Source: Heteronotia binoei (lineage: Eukaryota). From it: a stretch of 64,000 nt of DNA. Of this stretch, positions 47,100-58,900 are shown one piece after another. The stretch is taken from the NCBI RefSeq assembly GCF_032191835.1, contig NC_083234.1:49786001-49850000 (forward strand). The letters are read 5' to 3'. Both the position numbers and the translations under genes were made by a program. Below the pieces are notes generated by a model. The model ran no database searches, was not told the DNA's origin, and saw only the letters and a list, made by a program, of their open reading frames with translations. The first letter of the stretch is position 1. Every line of letters begins with the position of its first letter.

Positions 47100-50000
47100 C
47101 CTTAAGTAGCCTGCAAAACCCACACCCAGTTCCCAGTTACCCACAACTATTGGTACAATAGCCAAGCCATTAGTCCCCATTGGCCACCACCCAGAATCCA
47201 GTCTCTGGCAGAACATCCTTGAATGGAAGGCTTTTAAGAGAAAAACAAGGAATGTGGTGTGACAGAAAATCAGCATAGAGATTTAAGGAGTTCACATAGT
47301 CAGATCAACGAGACAAACCAATAATTTAGTAGCACAGAACTGGAGAAGTGAGGAGGCTGAGGTGCAACTACTGAAAACCAGAGGAGGAAATTGCTGTGGA
47401 CAAGGTGAGAAATTCATGAACCAGGATTTGCTGAGGGGCAAACAGAAAGGGCCATGTGGCTGTACTGCTATAAAGGGAGAGCTGACATGGGAGGGGGGAA
47501 CTGTATGGGGACCCAAGAAGACAGAACTATTGTAAATAGTCAAAGAATAGTGATATTGTCAATAGACACAGGCAGTGCAAACCTGGGAGGGGAACTGTTA
47601 TGGCAGCAGGCAGCTGCCAACACAAAATCAGAGCCACTGGTCTGTCCCCTATGGACATTCCACAACATGCGCCCCTCCTTAAGACACAGATGACACAGCA
47701 CATGTGCTGGAATCCACATCAACCCTGGCAACACCCACCCAATCAGACAATGGCAGCTAATGACACACACAGGGTGACACACACAGTGGCATGTATAGGA
47801 GCAGCCAATCGCAGTCCATCAATCCACCCACTCCCCCTCAGCACAACTCCCTCCCCGACAGAGTGCCAACGGACAGGGCAGGAAGATCCCCCAACAAAGC
47901 AACCCCAACAGAGGCATGGCCCGAGCATTCCACTCCCAGCCCATCAAAGAAGAGCAGCACCCATGTGGCAGATCAGATGCCCACTGGGGAAAATCCCACA
48001 AAATGCCCACCGGGTTTTCCCCAGCAAAAGCCTGACTGGCAGCAAAAGTGCTGCCCACTCAGCTCTGAGCCACACACACCCTTGCCCTGAAAGAGCAAAA
48101 ACAGAAAGGCGAGAGATGGGTGCAAACCCACAGCTCCCACTCTGAAAATCAGCATTCTCCCAACCACTGGGCCAAGAAGGTCTGTTCAAAGGAGGCACGT
48201 CAGCAGGCCCTGGACACTCGGCTGCAGCCCTGTCGTCAGCCATATGGGGCCAGGCAGGGACCACTGCACAGACAGACATGGCTCAATGGTAGGGTTGCCA
48301 GGTCCCCCCTGGCCACTGGCAGAGAAAGGGGAGGTAAGGAGGCCAGCTCCAGGTTGGAAAACTCTAGATTTGGAAGTGGAGCCTGGGGAGGACAGGGACC
48401 TAAGTGGGGCACAAAGGACCCATTTTCTCCAGGGGAACTGATCTCTGTAGCCTGGAGAGAAGCTGTAATTCCAGGGGATCCCCAGGCCCCACCAGGAGGC
48501 TGGCGTCCGTACAAAATGCTTTGGGTTAGCATGGGCAAAACTTCCCGGTTTGATTCTTACATGGGGAGAAGACAGAGGCAGGCAAAAGCCTGGAAGCTAA
48601 TGGTCTGCCCCTGCAAAGCAAAGAAGGTGGAGATGGGAGAGCACAACTGATGGGCCACCCTGGATACACATCGTTTTAACAGGGACTCTGCTCTCTAACC
48701 CCTCTATGCTGCACCCCTGGTGCCAGCAGCTCCCTTGCATCCGCCCTGGCTCACCTGCATCACCAAACTGTGTGGCTTATCAGACGCCAGCATTGCTGTA
48801 GGGGAGTGTGGGACCAAGAGACAGCCTCCCCCCACCCCATGCCACAGTGGCCACACACACCCTCAGACCACCCACCAGCCCATTCCGTGCCAGCTGCACA
48901 CAGCAGCCAGCAGAGAATGTGTGGGAAAGGGCTGGGGACCCATATGTAGCTGTGGCTGTCCAAATGACACCTTCCGTTCCTGGGAGGAAGTGCTCTGCAA
49001 CTGCTCCATCCGCTGCTGCTGCTGCACAGGGCCCCAATCCTGTGAGGCAATGAATCCCATAGTTGTTTGGCCAGCTGATCCACACAGCTTTGTCCACTGC
49101 TGGGCGGGGGGGAAGGAGCCCTCACAAAGGAGTGTGCTAGCAGCCCGGTATGAGGCTTGCAGCATCCCTGCTCTCCCCCCTCCATTATAAGCAGCACTCC
49201 TAGGCACACTTCCTGGGTGTATCCACCACTGCATGACAAGGGGTATGGTGCTGGGTAAGCCTGGCTCAGATAAGCCTCATATGCACACACTTGTGGCCTT
49301 GGTTCCTATTATTGGCACCTGGATTCCTGCCTCTGCTCACCTGTCAGTGTGCAGTTGCCCCTTTGGGCTGAGCCTCCAGAGATGGGGTATCTGTTGGGGT
49401 TTTGAGATGAGATGCAATAGCCAAATGGCAGGGATCTTGCTCTTCCCTTTGGTGTCAGTGCTAAGTGCCCTCTCTGTACCTCTTCCACCATCAAAGCACA
49501 ACACTGTGTAATCTGTCTACGGCAGTCTTTTGAGTTAGAGTCTTGTGCTATACATCCTCCCTATTGAAGGCTGAAGATTCCTGACTGGGGTTTATGTAGT
49601 ACTTGGAGAGAGGGAGCTGTGATTGGGTGCAGGGAAGGGACGTGAATGGTAGCAGGTGTAGTCAGTATCCTGTGCTCTGTCACAGCTTTGGGGCAGCACA
49701 GCACCTGTCAGGGGGCACTTGGCCTTTTCCATTGCATGGACACTTATGACAACACCCTGGTTTTTGATTATATAACTTTCTGAACATTTGGGGAGGGCAC
49801 TCCTGGGCTAGGGTGTGTAGAGCACTGACTAACGGTTGCCATGCTCCTGGGTCTGTCCCCTTCCCCACTGGTGCAACTCCTAGTTGGCTCCCTAAACACT
49901 TTCAGGCCCCAACGGGATTACAGTTAGCGTACAAGGAGAAGACTGCTTGGAACCAAAGGTGAAATGGTCATTTGTGGAAATAATGAGTTTCAGACAGTCA

Positions 50001-50230
50001 TGAGAGACCCAAGCTTGGCTAGCTGATCCATGCAGCACTGAGTGGCACTTTCCAGGCACCCCAAAGGTCAGTTGTGCCCTATCCACTGTCTGAAGGGAGG
50101 AACCCTCATATATGAGCATGCTAACAGCCCAGTATGGGGCTGACAGTGTCCCTGCTCACCCCGCCCCTCCCAAAAAAGCAACCATCCTAGGTACACTTCG
50201 CTGGGTGTATGCTCCACTACATGACAAGGG
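47100..50230 (-). mobile_element. Highly degenerate retroelement remnant, possibly DIRS/Ngaro-like
   Basis: Only faint motif echoes (FTFG...TVIPLG, GGSSCPVR, HFLPGT) and a ~45-bp diverged direct repeat at ~49200 and ~50180. Confidence 0.3.
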
Positions 50231-51201
50231 AAATGTCAGGAAGGCAACTGGAGTGACAGAATTGGATCAGAAGTGAAAATTCAAAGGTTGAAAGGCACAG
50301 CTGGCTGCCACTGGCAGAGAGATGGTCCTGAAAGCAACATGCTTTGATGAGATTCCTCAGGGACAGTGTGCAGAACAAGAATAACCAAGGGCTAAAGACC
50401 AACCTCTGGGGCACCTAATGGAGACAAGAAAAGCAGAGCACATACATCTGTCTGTGGAAATATTTTATAAAGTGGTAACAGGAAGGCAGAGAATCTGCTG
50501 GGAACTGAGTCATGGAACAAAGAGAGTCAAGCATAGATGTTTCTATAACTGTTTTGCTCCACCAACAGTGCTATTTTCTGCAGCATCTACATGGCATCAT
50601 CCTGAGGGTGACTGAGAGCAGCTTACAACTGCTCTTTAGCCAAGGCTTTAAGAACTGTCACAGGTTTGAACTTCATGGGTGAAAGACATCATTATGGATC
50701 CAGAAAACTTTTCACAAGAGTCTCTTTTAGGACTGCTGAAGCTTCAATCTTCTACTGTTGGTTGGAGGTACTGAATACAGTTTTATATTGGCAAAGGTAA
50801 AAGTGGCCAATGCCTGATTGATTCCTCATCTTTGTCACCAAGAAGCCAGCTGTTGGAGCCCCCAGCTCACACGCTCCACTAGGTGCAGTATGGTGGTTAA
50901 AGTGTGATTAAGATGGGAAAAAGGTAAAAGTCAGATCTACATGGAACCTCAGACCCATCGAGATTCAAATCTCCACTTAACACTAAAGTTATTGGTAGTC
51001 CATAGGTCAGTCATTCTCCGAGTGTAACCCATTCGAGTTTGTTGCAATTATAATCGGGACAATTAGAAACGTTGCAATTACAATCAAGGCAAAGCTCTTC
51101 ACCCAGGAGTGCTAGTTTCATATGGCTTAAAAAAAGAAACTTCATAATGAAACATGACACTTACAAGCAAAATAAATATCCAATTCATGGTCGCTTTAGG
51201 G

Positions 51202-51765
51202 CAGGGGTGTCAAACATATGGCCCAGGGGCCAAATCAGGCCCTTGGAGGGTTCCTATCAGGCCCCCCACCTCGAGCAACTGGCTGTCATCTGCTTCCTTC
51301 TCCCTCTCTCTTGCTTCCTTCTACATAACAGCTTGATTTGCAAGCCTCACCCAATTGCACAGGATCTACAAAGCAAAGTCTATTTTCTCCATTAGCTGAG
51401 GCTCCTCCCTTGGGGAGGAACGGGGCAGATTGCTTTGCCAGGCTCTCAATTGCACAGCAGAGCTACTGAGCCCAGCCTCTCCTCCTTCTATTGGCTAAGG
51501 GTCCTCCACCTTCTGGCCCCATGGGGAAGGAAGGAAAGAGCCAGAGTTTCCTTTGCCCAGTTCCCTGTAACCCATGGGAGAAATACAAACAAAGCACCTT
51601 TAAGACCAACGAGTGCTAATAGTTTAAGCAGATTTTATTTTAAGGTTGTTTTAAAAAAATCTTTGTGTTTGTCTCTGTCCTTTATAAAGCTTATATCTCT
51701 GCTACTTAATCTTAAATAGGTACACACAGGGATCCGGCCCTCATAATAGATGAGTTTGATTCCCC
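51202..51765 (+). mobile_element. hAT-type MITE
   Basis: Starts caggggtgtcaaac and ends gtttgattcccc, with approximate TSD ctttaggg/ctttagag. Confidence 0.7.
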
Positions 51766-51899
51766 CTTTAGAGTCTAAGACGGCCAGTTAATGGAGAAAG
51801 CACCTGGATTGCTCTGGGCACCAAAGTCGTTATACTCTTACAAGACCACCCTATACCTACTCCACCACGACCATTACGCGATTCCGAATTTGTTCAACT

Positions 51900-52520
51900 A
51901 CAGCTCCTCACTTCTACCGAGCTCGTGTTTTACATGATTGTCCCGTTTGCATATCCGTCGCGTTAACTCGGCGAGGAGACAAACCCGTCAAAATACACAG
52001 GAAGTATCACCTGTGGCTGAAAGCGCACGCGCCCTTCCCTTCTGGAACCAGCCTTTCTAGCAGGAGCGGAAGTGCAAGACTCAGTCGACGCGCCGCGTGG
52101 CCTTGGAGGTGGAGCTGCTTTTGCGCAGTCAGAGGCGGCGGGTAGACATGGCGGGCGACGGGCACTCGGGGCTACCGGCAGGGACGGCTGTAGCGGTCCT
52201 GTGCTTGGTCGCGCAGTTGGTCGTCCGCGGGGCGCATGCGCTGTACTTCCACATAGGGGAGACCGAGAAGCGCTGTTTCATCGTGGAGATCCCAGATGAG
52301 ACCATGGTCATCGGTGAGATGCGGCGGGCGGCGGTACGGAGGGACAGGCCGCGACTCTAGTCCTGGCAAACACGTTGATTCTCTTCTTTCCTCCTCACCA
52401 GGTAACTACCGGACGCAGCTGTGGGACAAGCAGGCAGAGATTTTCCTACCGTCCACGCCGGGGCTGGGCATGTTCGTAGAGGTCAAGGACCCCGATAAGA
52501 AGGTAAGGAGCTACCCCTGC
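51900..52520 (+). promoter_or_regulatory. CpG island / TMED4 promoter
   Basis: Dense CpG. ETS-like CGGAAGTG and NRF1-like GCGCACGCGC lie just upstream of the ATG. Confidence 0.7.
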
Positions 52521-54733
52521 TGGCCAGTTGCCTTGTCCTCGCCCTTCATTCTGTTCAATGGCTGATGCTTCTGGAGGATGACTGCAGGAAGGAAGAGAGA
52601 TGTTCGGGGAGCATAAGGAACAAAAGCGGTTAGCCCACGTCTCTTTAGCGTCTCCTCCCTCACTTTTTCTTGTGATCTTCATTCCTTTGCCACAAGAACG
52701 GCCAATTGGAGGCTTGATCAAGGAGCCTGGTTAGCAATGCTGAAGTGGTAGAGATTCTTCCTTGGAAATGTCATACTCATACCGTGGCCATCTTTCCTTG
52801 GGTTGTAGTAGGTGCCTGGGCCCTGGATGGAGTCAGGCACATAATTGTGCCTATAGAGAAGAGCGTTCTTAAGTCATGATCCTGATTCTTTCTGATGGTT
52901 GCTATTCCAGGTGGTTCTCTCCAGGCAGTATGGTGCTGAGGGCCGCTTCACTTTCACATCACACACCCATGGAGAGCATCAGATCTGCCTCCACTCCAAC
53001 TCCACTCGCATGGCACTTTTTTCAGGAGGCAAATTGGTAAGCTAGCTTCTTGTCTTTTGGCACTATCCACCCTAGTCTTGTATTCTAGGGCTCTCTGACA
53101 CTCCATAGCTTGGAGTGGCTAGCCTTCTCACTTATCCTCATTTATAGCAAGAGAAGTGCTAGTCAGATGTGAGGACGAGAAGCTGGTGCACATTTCCAGG
53201 TCTTCTTGTCTATCTCCTGGCTTGGTTTCTGTCTCTTTGTGGCTCTCAAGGCATAATTTGCTCAGCAAATGAGATGGAAGTGCGGAAAGAGTTCAGACAA
53301 GACTGAAACCTGGGCCAGGGACTTGTTTGAATTATTAGGTTGTGCTGCTGTGTGTTATGGGCCCATGGTCTAATTTGGTATGTTCTGTGTTCAGCGAGTG
53401 CACTTGGATATCCAAGCTGGTGAACACACCAATAACTATCCTGAGATTGCAGCAAAGGACAAGCTGACAGAGCTGCAGTTAAGAGCGAGACAGCTTCTGG
53501 ACCAGATGGAACAGATCCAGAAAGAGCAGAACTACCAAAGGGTAAGGTGTTCTCTGAATATTGTTCAGGGTAAAGAAAAACCTTTAAAACCTTCTCAATA
53601 ACATTTTATTAAGTGATGTGTGACCAATGTTCCCTCTAAGCTGCAGAGTCTTGTGAGCAAAAATTCTACTTTGTGAGCTACTGGCATTTAAGTTGTGAGC
53701 TACTGCATAAATTATTGTGCTCTGGGGTCATCCTTCCTGAGCTAAGACAAAAATGTGTGAGCTGGAGGCTAAAAATCTGTGAGCTAGCTCACGTTAATTC
53801 AGCTTAGAGGGAATATTGTTTGTAACATGTTGGAGGATGTTCAGCCAAGAGGGGCTGCAGGAGTAAAGCAACATCAGGAGAGGGTGGGTGTCAGACCTTC
53901 CTCCTTGGGCAAAGGTGTTCCAGCTACAGATAGTCTATTAAGTGTTAAACATTATGTTTGTGGGAAAGTGACAAAAGGCTATAATTGGTTTGCACATGGG
54001 GGGCTGCAAAGAACAAGGGTGGGAGGAATGGCAAGCTTGCCTTGGAAAGGAATGTCTTGGTATTAGGGTTTGTAGAATCTTTCGGGATCAAGTGCCGTGT
54101 TCTACTGGAGAAAGTTTTCCTTCCAGACGTTTCGTTCTCAGCTGCGGAGAACATCCTCAGTGGCATTGCAGCCGGAGCAGGCGCTCAGACCTTCTTGGCT
54201 GCTGTGCATTGAGTGGGCCCACTCAATGCACAGCAGCCAAGAAGGTCTGAGCCCCTGCTCCGGCTGCAATGCCACTGAAGATGTTCTCCGCAGCTGAGAA
54301 CGAAACGTCTGGAAGGAAAACTTTCTCCAGTAGAACACGGCACTTGATCCCGAAAGATTCTAAAAACCCTAATGATGTTACCAGCCGTGAAAACCTGAAA
54401 TCTTTGATAATGTCTTGGTACTTTGGTGGGGTGGGTGTGATTTGAAAGAAGCCCCATTTGGGGAGGGGGGGGTTACTCATACCCCAGATAATACGTGAAT
54501 AAGGAAACTGAACTTTGCCTGTGGGGGAGAGTAAAGTCAGGGCATTCATGTTTCTGATTCTTAACACAGTTTCCATTTTGCAGTATCGAGAAGAGAGATT
54601 CCGCATGACCAGCGAAAGTACCAACCAGCGAGTTTTGTGGTGGTCCATTGCCCAAACTGTCATCCTCATCCTCACTGGTGTTTGGCAGATGAGACACCTC
54701 AAAAGCTTCTTTGAGGCCAAAAAACTAGTATAA
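52148..54733 (+). CDS. TMED4: Transmembrane p24 trafficking protein 4 (GOLD domain, p24 alpha family), 229 aa
   Basis: Exons 52148-52313, 52402-52502, 52911-53036, 53395-53541 and 54584-54733 (690 nt, all GT-AG). Motifs [13 protein letters not shown] and [25 protein letters not shown], plus C-terminal FFEAKKLV. Adjacent to DDX56 as in mammals. Confidence 0.95.
54062..54410. mobile_element. Penelope-like element pseudo-LTR in inverted (foldback) arrangement in TMED4 intron 4
   Basis: 156-bp arms 54062-54217 and 54218-54373, no spacer, 3 mismatches. Contains the Penelope-type ctgaaga...cgaaacgtc motif. Confidence 0.75.
54272..54312 (+). ncRNA. Minimal type I hammerhead ribozyme motif (Penelope-associated)
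   Basis: CCA-CUGAAGA-U-GUUCUC(cgcagcu)GAGAAC-GAAA-CGUC-UGG, with one extra U before stem II. A second copy lies on the opposite strand in the left arm. Confidence 0.55.
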
Positions 54734-55968
54734 GCAACTTCTGGCAACACAAAAACTTTTATTAAAATGTCTCACTGTCCTTCTCCAACTTCCACTGAAC
54801 TCGTCTCTTGCCTTTTGGAATCAGAAAAAGAAATCAGAATGTGAACATACCAGCACTCTCTTTGCAAGGACATCCTTTCTGTAGAAGCCTCCAACTTGTT
54901 CTTTGCTGTGTTAGAGTAAAGAGGTTGGTGCTGAGGATTGTATTTTGGAATCTTTGGGGTAGGGAAGGAATTTCAGCACCTGCAAGTCTTAGGCAGAAGA
55001 TGTTCCTCTTGGAGAAGCTTAGGAGAAGATATTTAAGATCCCCACCCCAATATCTCTCTGCTTTCCCCTTGTCCTGAGTGTGGGGTTGGCAGGTTCTGTC
55101 TCGGCTGTGGGTTGGTTCTTCATGGTTCTTCACTCATTGCCTTTCATGATTCCTTTTAGCAAAGGTGTTGGGATTGGCTTGGAGAAGAAAGGGAGAAATT
55201 AAGTTTATGCTTGTGTTTTGATATCTGTGTGTGTGGGTGGCAATAGCAGTGGACAAAGTCAAGGCTTAAGTCTTTCAGTTCTGTTTCTTTAGTAACTGGA
55301 GCAAATGTTCCTGATCTGCATCCCATCCTGATGTGATGCCATCAGATCACTGATTCTCAGCAGCAGAGAATGCGTTACTTCTGTATGCCCCAATTTCCTC
55401 AGCACAGTCTGAATGATCTTTGCCTTGGAATGGACTATAAATGCTAGTTGTGGGACAGCAGATTTAGCTGTCTCATTTTTCCCTTCAGATGCTGACTTGC
55501 AGTGCCCATAAAAGTGTGAAAAGTTCCAGAAATGTAAAGGTGTTGTCTTAACCTTCTGTGATGGCAGCAATCACAGCATTAAGCATGGCAGCAGTCAACT
55601 GTTGGGAGTTCAGTAGAGTTTTTGGGACGAGGCGGCTGCTTGTACCTACTATTCATGAAGAAAGCAAACCTTTAAAAACACAGAAAATGTGCAGTTGAAT
55701 GGTTCTCCCTTCCACTCACCTTAAATAAATTTGTGGCTTCCCTTTGTTTGGGGGGGAAAGATCCTGGTTTTGGACAGTCTTTCCTTGACCTTTCAGACAT
55801 TTTGTTAATGATGTTAATCTTTATGATTGTACACTGAGAAGAGAAAAGAACATACTATGGCTACTTTATTGGTATCAGAAACTTAAGCTCAGAGAAAAAA
55901 CTCAGCTTCTTCTGAAGGGGGTGGGTGAACTGTAAATAGTAGGATTAACAGTATAGGTTCCCAAGGCT

Positions 55969-56247
55969 TCTCCAGTTTGGTGTAGTGGTTAAGTGTGTGG
56001 ACTCTTATCTAGGAGAACTGGGTTTGATTCCCCACTCCTCCACTTGCACCTGCTAGCATGGCCTTGGGTCAGCCATAGCTCTGGCAGAGGTTGTCCTTGA
56101 AAGGGCAGCTGCTGTGAAAGCCCTCTCCAGCCCCACCCACCTCACAGGGTGTCTGTTGTGGGGGAGGAAGGTAAAGGATATTGTGAGCTGCTCTGAGACT
56201 CTTCAAAGTGGAGGGCGGGATATAAATCCAATATCATCTTCATCTTC
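55969..56247 (+). mobile_element. tRNA-derived SINE with L2-type tail
   Basis: A-box tggtgtagtggtt, B-box ggtttgattcc, and 3' end ggagggcgggatataaat plus (ATC/CTT)n. Confidence 0.75.
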
Positions 56248-56599
56248 CCTTGAGGTGACACTGCAGGTAGCTGAGGAAGTAATTGTTTATGGGGATAGTC
56301 TTTAAGAGATGGTTAACTGCCAAAAATAGCACATGTGGTAGCTTAGCAGTTAGCAGTGCATGAAGACTATAGAATAGATCCAGCCTTCATCTTCTCTGGT
56401 CATCAAAGCCTCAGTGCCTCAAAGATCAGATGAGGGGGCAAACAGGGAGCTCTGCATGCTAAAAGGCTGCATTTCCTACAATGCTTTCAGATGTCATTTT
56501 GGAGCAGAAAGCTGCTCCTGTTCTCAGCTGCAAGTGAGTAATGGAGAATGAAACCTGGTTCTCTCAGATAAGAGAACACACACTTAACCACCACACCAA

Positions 56600-56732
56600 N
56601 NNNNNNNNNNNNNNNNNNNNNNNNNNNNNNNNNNNNNNNNNNNNNNNNNNNNNNNNNNNNNNNNNNNNNNNNNNNNNNNNNNNNNNNNNNNNNNNNNNNN
56701 NNNNNNNNNNNNNNNNNNNNNNNNNNNNNNNN
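56600..56732. other. Assembly gap (133 N)
   Basis: Run of N. Confidence 1.
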
Positions 56733-57979
56733 TGTTTAAGATTAGATATGACAGTGGAACTTACTTTGTGCCTTCCGTAAAGCTGCAGTCACAATTACTA
56801 TCAGCCAAATGAGCCACATATAAACTATAAGTCCATGTACCACTACGAATGTACATAATTTTTAACATTAAATATATAACTTTTTAAATTGCCAAAGTAC
56901 CTCCGCTCATGAGGGATTATCTCTTCTTGTTGCTGTTGAAGTTTAGCCAGCTCTTCTGTAGCTGGTGATAGAAGTGCTTCTCTGCCTTCTTGTTCTCTCT
57001 TCAGCATGCAATTGACAAGGCACCTGGAGGAGAGCAAGCTGGCTGTGGAGAAAGGGGAGGAGCACTGCCTCATTGTATCCAGTTTAATTTGTTGGGTGGC
57101 TGCCATGATAGTTATGATTTTGCTCTCTTCTATGTAGCCAGCTTGCCCTTCTCCCAGCAACCAGAATGAGTGCAGAGCCTGTGGAGAAGAAAGGGGGGTG
57201 TCAGGATGAGCCCTTCCATCCCTTGCTTGTAGCAGTTGTCTCAAGGTTTGGACCACAAGCCCTACCAAGTAACAGGCTCCCCTTTCCTAGAACAGGGCAG
57301 GTGCTATGCTGGGGAACAGTGCTCAGAAAAGCCACGAGTGGCTCCATAGCCATTCAATATCACTGAACTCCACGGTATCTGAACAGCTAAAACAACCTTG
57401 GGCCTCTTGTGGAAGTTTTGGAGGTTATTTGGCTAAGTACACCTTTTTCAGATGCATATCATCAGAAATTTCTACCTTGTGTGCTTGGTCAATCTGACAA
57501 TACTTCTGTAGTATGTCTGATGCAGGAGCTACCCTGAAAGATAACCTGGCCCCTTCAGCTGATAGACAATGTGGCTTTATTTTTGCAGACAACTATAGAA
57601 GCATAACAGCAGTGGAATACATTTCAGGGGGGTAGCCCTTTGTTGGTCTTAAAGGTGCCACTGGTCTCAATAGTGATCCATCAGCAATCTGCCAACGCGT
57701 CCAGATGATTACCTTTTGCAGCCCTCCCTAACAGATGAGCGTAGTTGAAGAATAGTGCAAGATGCTGCCCAAACTTCTCTATAGAGTGCTCCATTCGCTT
57801 CACATTTTTAGCTGCTGCAACGAACTGGGCCTTTTCTTATGGCTACCCTTGGTAAGTCTTCTCTAGCGATTTTTCTGCAGGGCTAAATCCGGTGGTGTTA
57901 TTAGAACCCTGGTCCTGTTATAAGTGGGAAGTAGCCACCTTGCAACCTCAGTGAAAGAGTTTCCTTACAGAGTTTCCTG

Positions 57980-58900
57980 AATAATGCAAGAATGGCCTCT
58001 CTTGCTTGCTGACAGAAACCCCGGGAGCGGGGCTGAGGAACCACAGTCCACGAAGCAAGGAGCGCTGCCTCTCTAGGCGAGCGCTGCATGTCCTTCAGCG
58101 CCGTTCGCAAAAGATAAATCTGCCTTCGGAAGCCGGTTAGACGTCGGGCAGTCTAGAGCCACGCCCACCTGAGGGGCGAGCCCTTTTGTCAGGCAACCGG
58201 GCAGGCGCGGTCCTCCCGCTGCCAGGGGGCGCTCTGGTCACCAGACTCGGTAGCTCCCCGGTACTGGAAATCGGCTGTGCGCAGGCGCAAGCTAGCAGTC
58301 GGGCGGGGGTCCTTATCATGGAGGAAGGCGAGCTGAGCTTCGCCCACATGGGGCTGGACGCGCGACTCTTACAGGTATCCTGGTAGGGTCGGGGATCCGA
58401 TCTCCTTTCCGTAGGTGGAGGATCTTCCGACGCATGCGTTTGATGCCCCCTTTCATTCTTTCCCTAGGCTGTTGCAGAGCTGGGGTGGGCCAAACCCACG
58501 GTCGTGCAGGAAGCTGCCATCCCGTTGGCCCTGGAAGGCAAAGACTTGTTGTGCCGCGCCAAGACCGGCTCTGGGAAGACGGGGGCCTACGCCCTGCCAC
58601 TTCTCCAGCGCTTGTTGAACGCCAAAATGGTGAGGATGGGGGAAGGGGAGAGAGGGAGGAAGAGCGCTCTGTGCCCAGCCTCGCGTGCATCTCTCCTAGC
58701 CTTTTTTGGTTTTCTCCTTCAGGGGCCCTCGGTGTCCGCACAGGTGGTGCGCGTGTTGGTACTGGTACCCACCCGCGAGCTGGGCCGGCAAGTAGTGCGC
58801 ATGCTGCGTGAGTTGGCTGCACACTGTAGCCGTCATGTGCGCTTCGCTGATGTCTCTGGCTCGGATGACATGTCTGCGCAGAGGTGAGGGAGTGGATGCT
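57980..58900 (+). promoter_or_regulatory. CpG island / DDX56 promoter
   Basis: Dense CpG. NRF1 consensus TGCGCAGGCGCA at 58278-58289. Confidence 0.7.

Noticed and set aside
140-48510. Recurrent tagggttgcc...ggcaacccta units (e.g. ~140, 1350, 16670, 29715, 38740, 48290) resembling an array
   Set aside because: Dispersed copies of a common hAT MITE family, irregularly spaced. Not CRISPR or a regulatory array.
56843-57268. 141-aa minus-strand ORF with EELAKLQQQQEE coiled-coil-like stretch
   Set aside because: No recognisable family or splice structure, and it lies next to an assembly gap. Probably chance or TE-derived.
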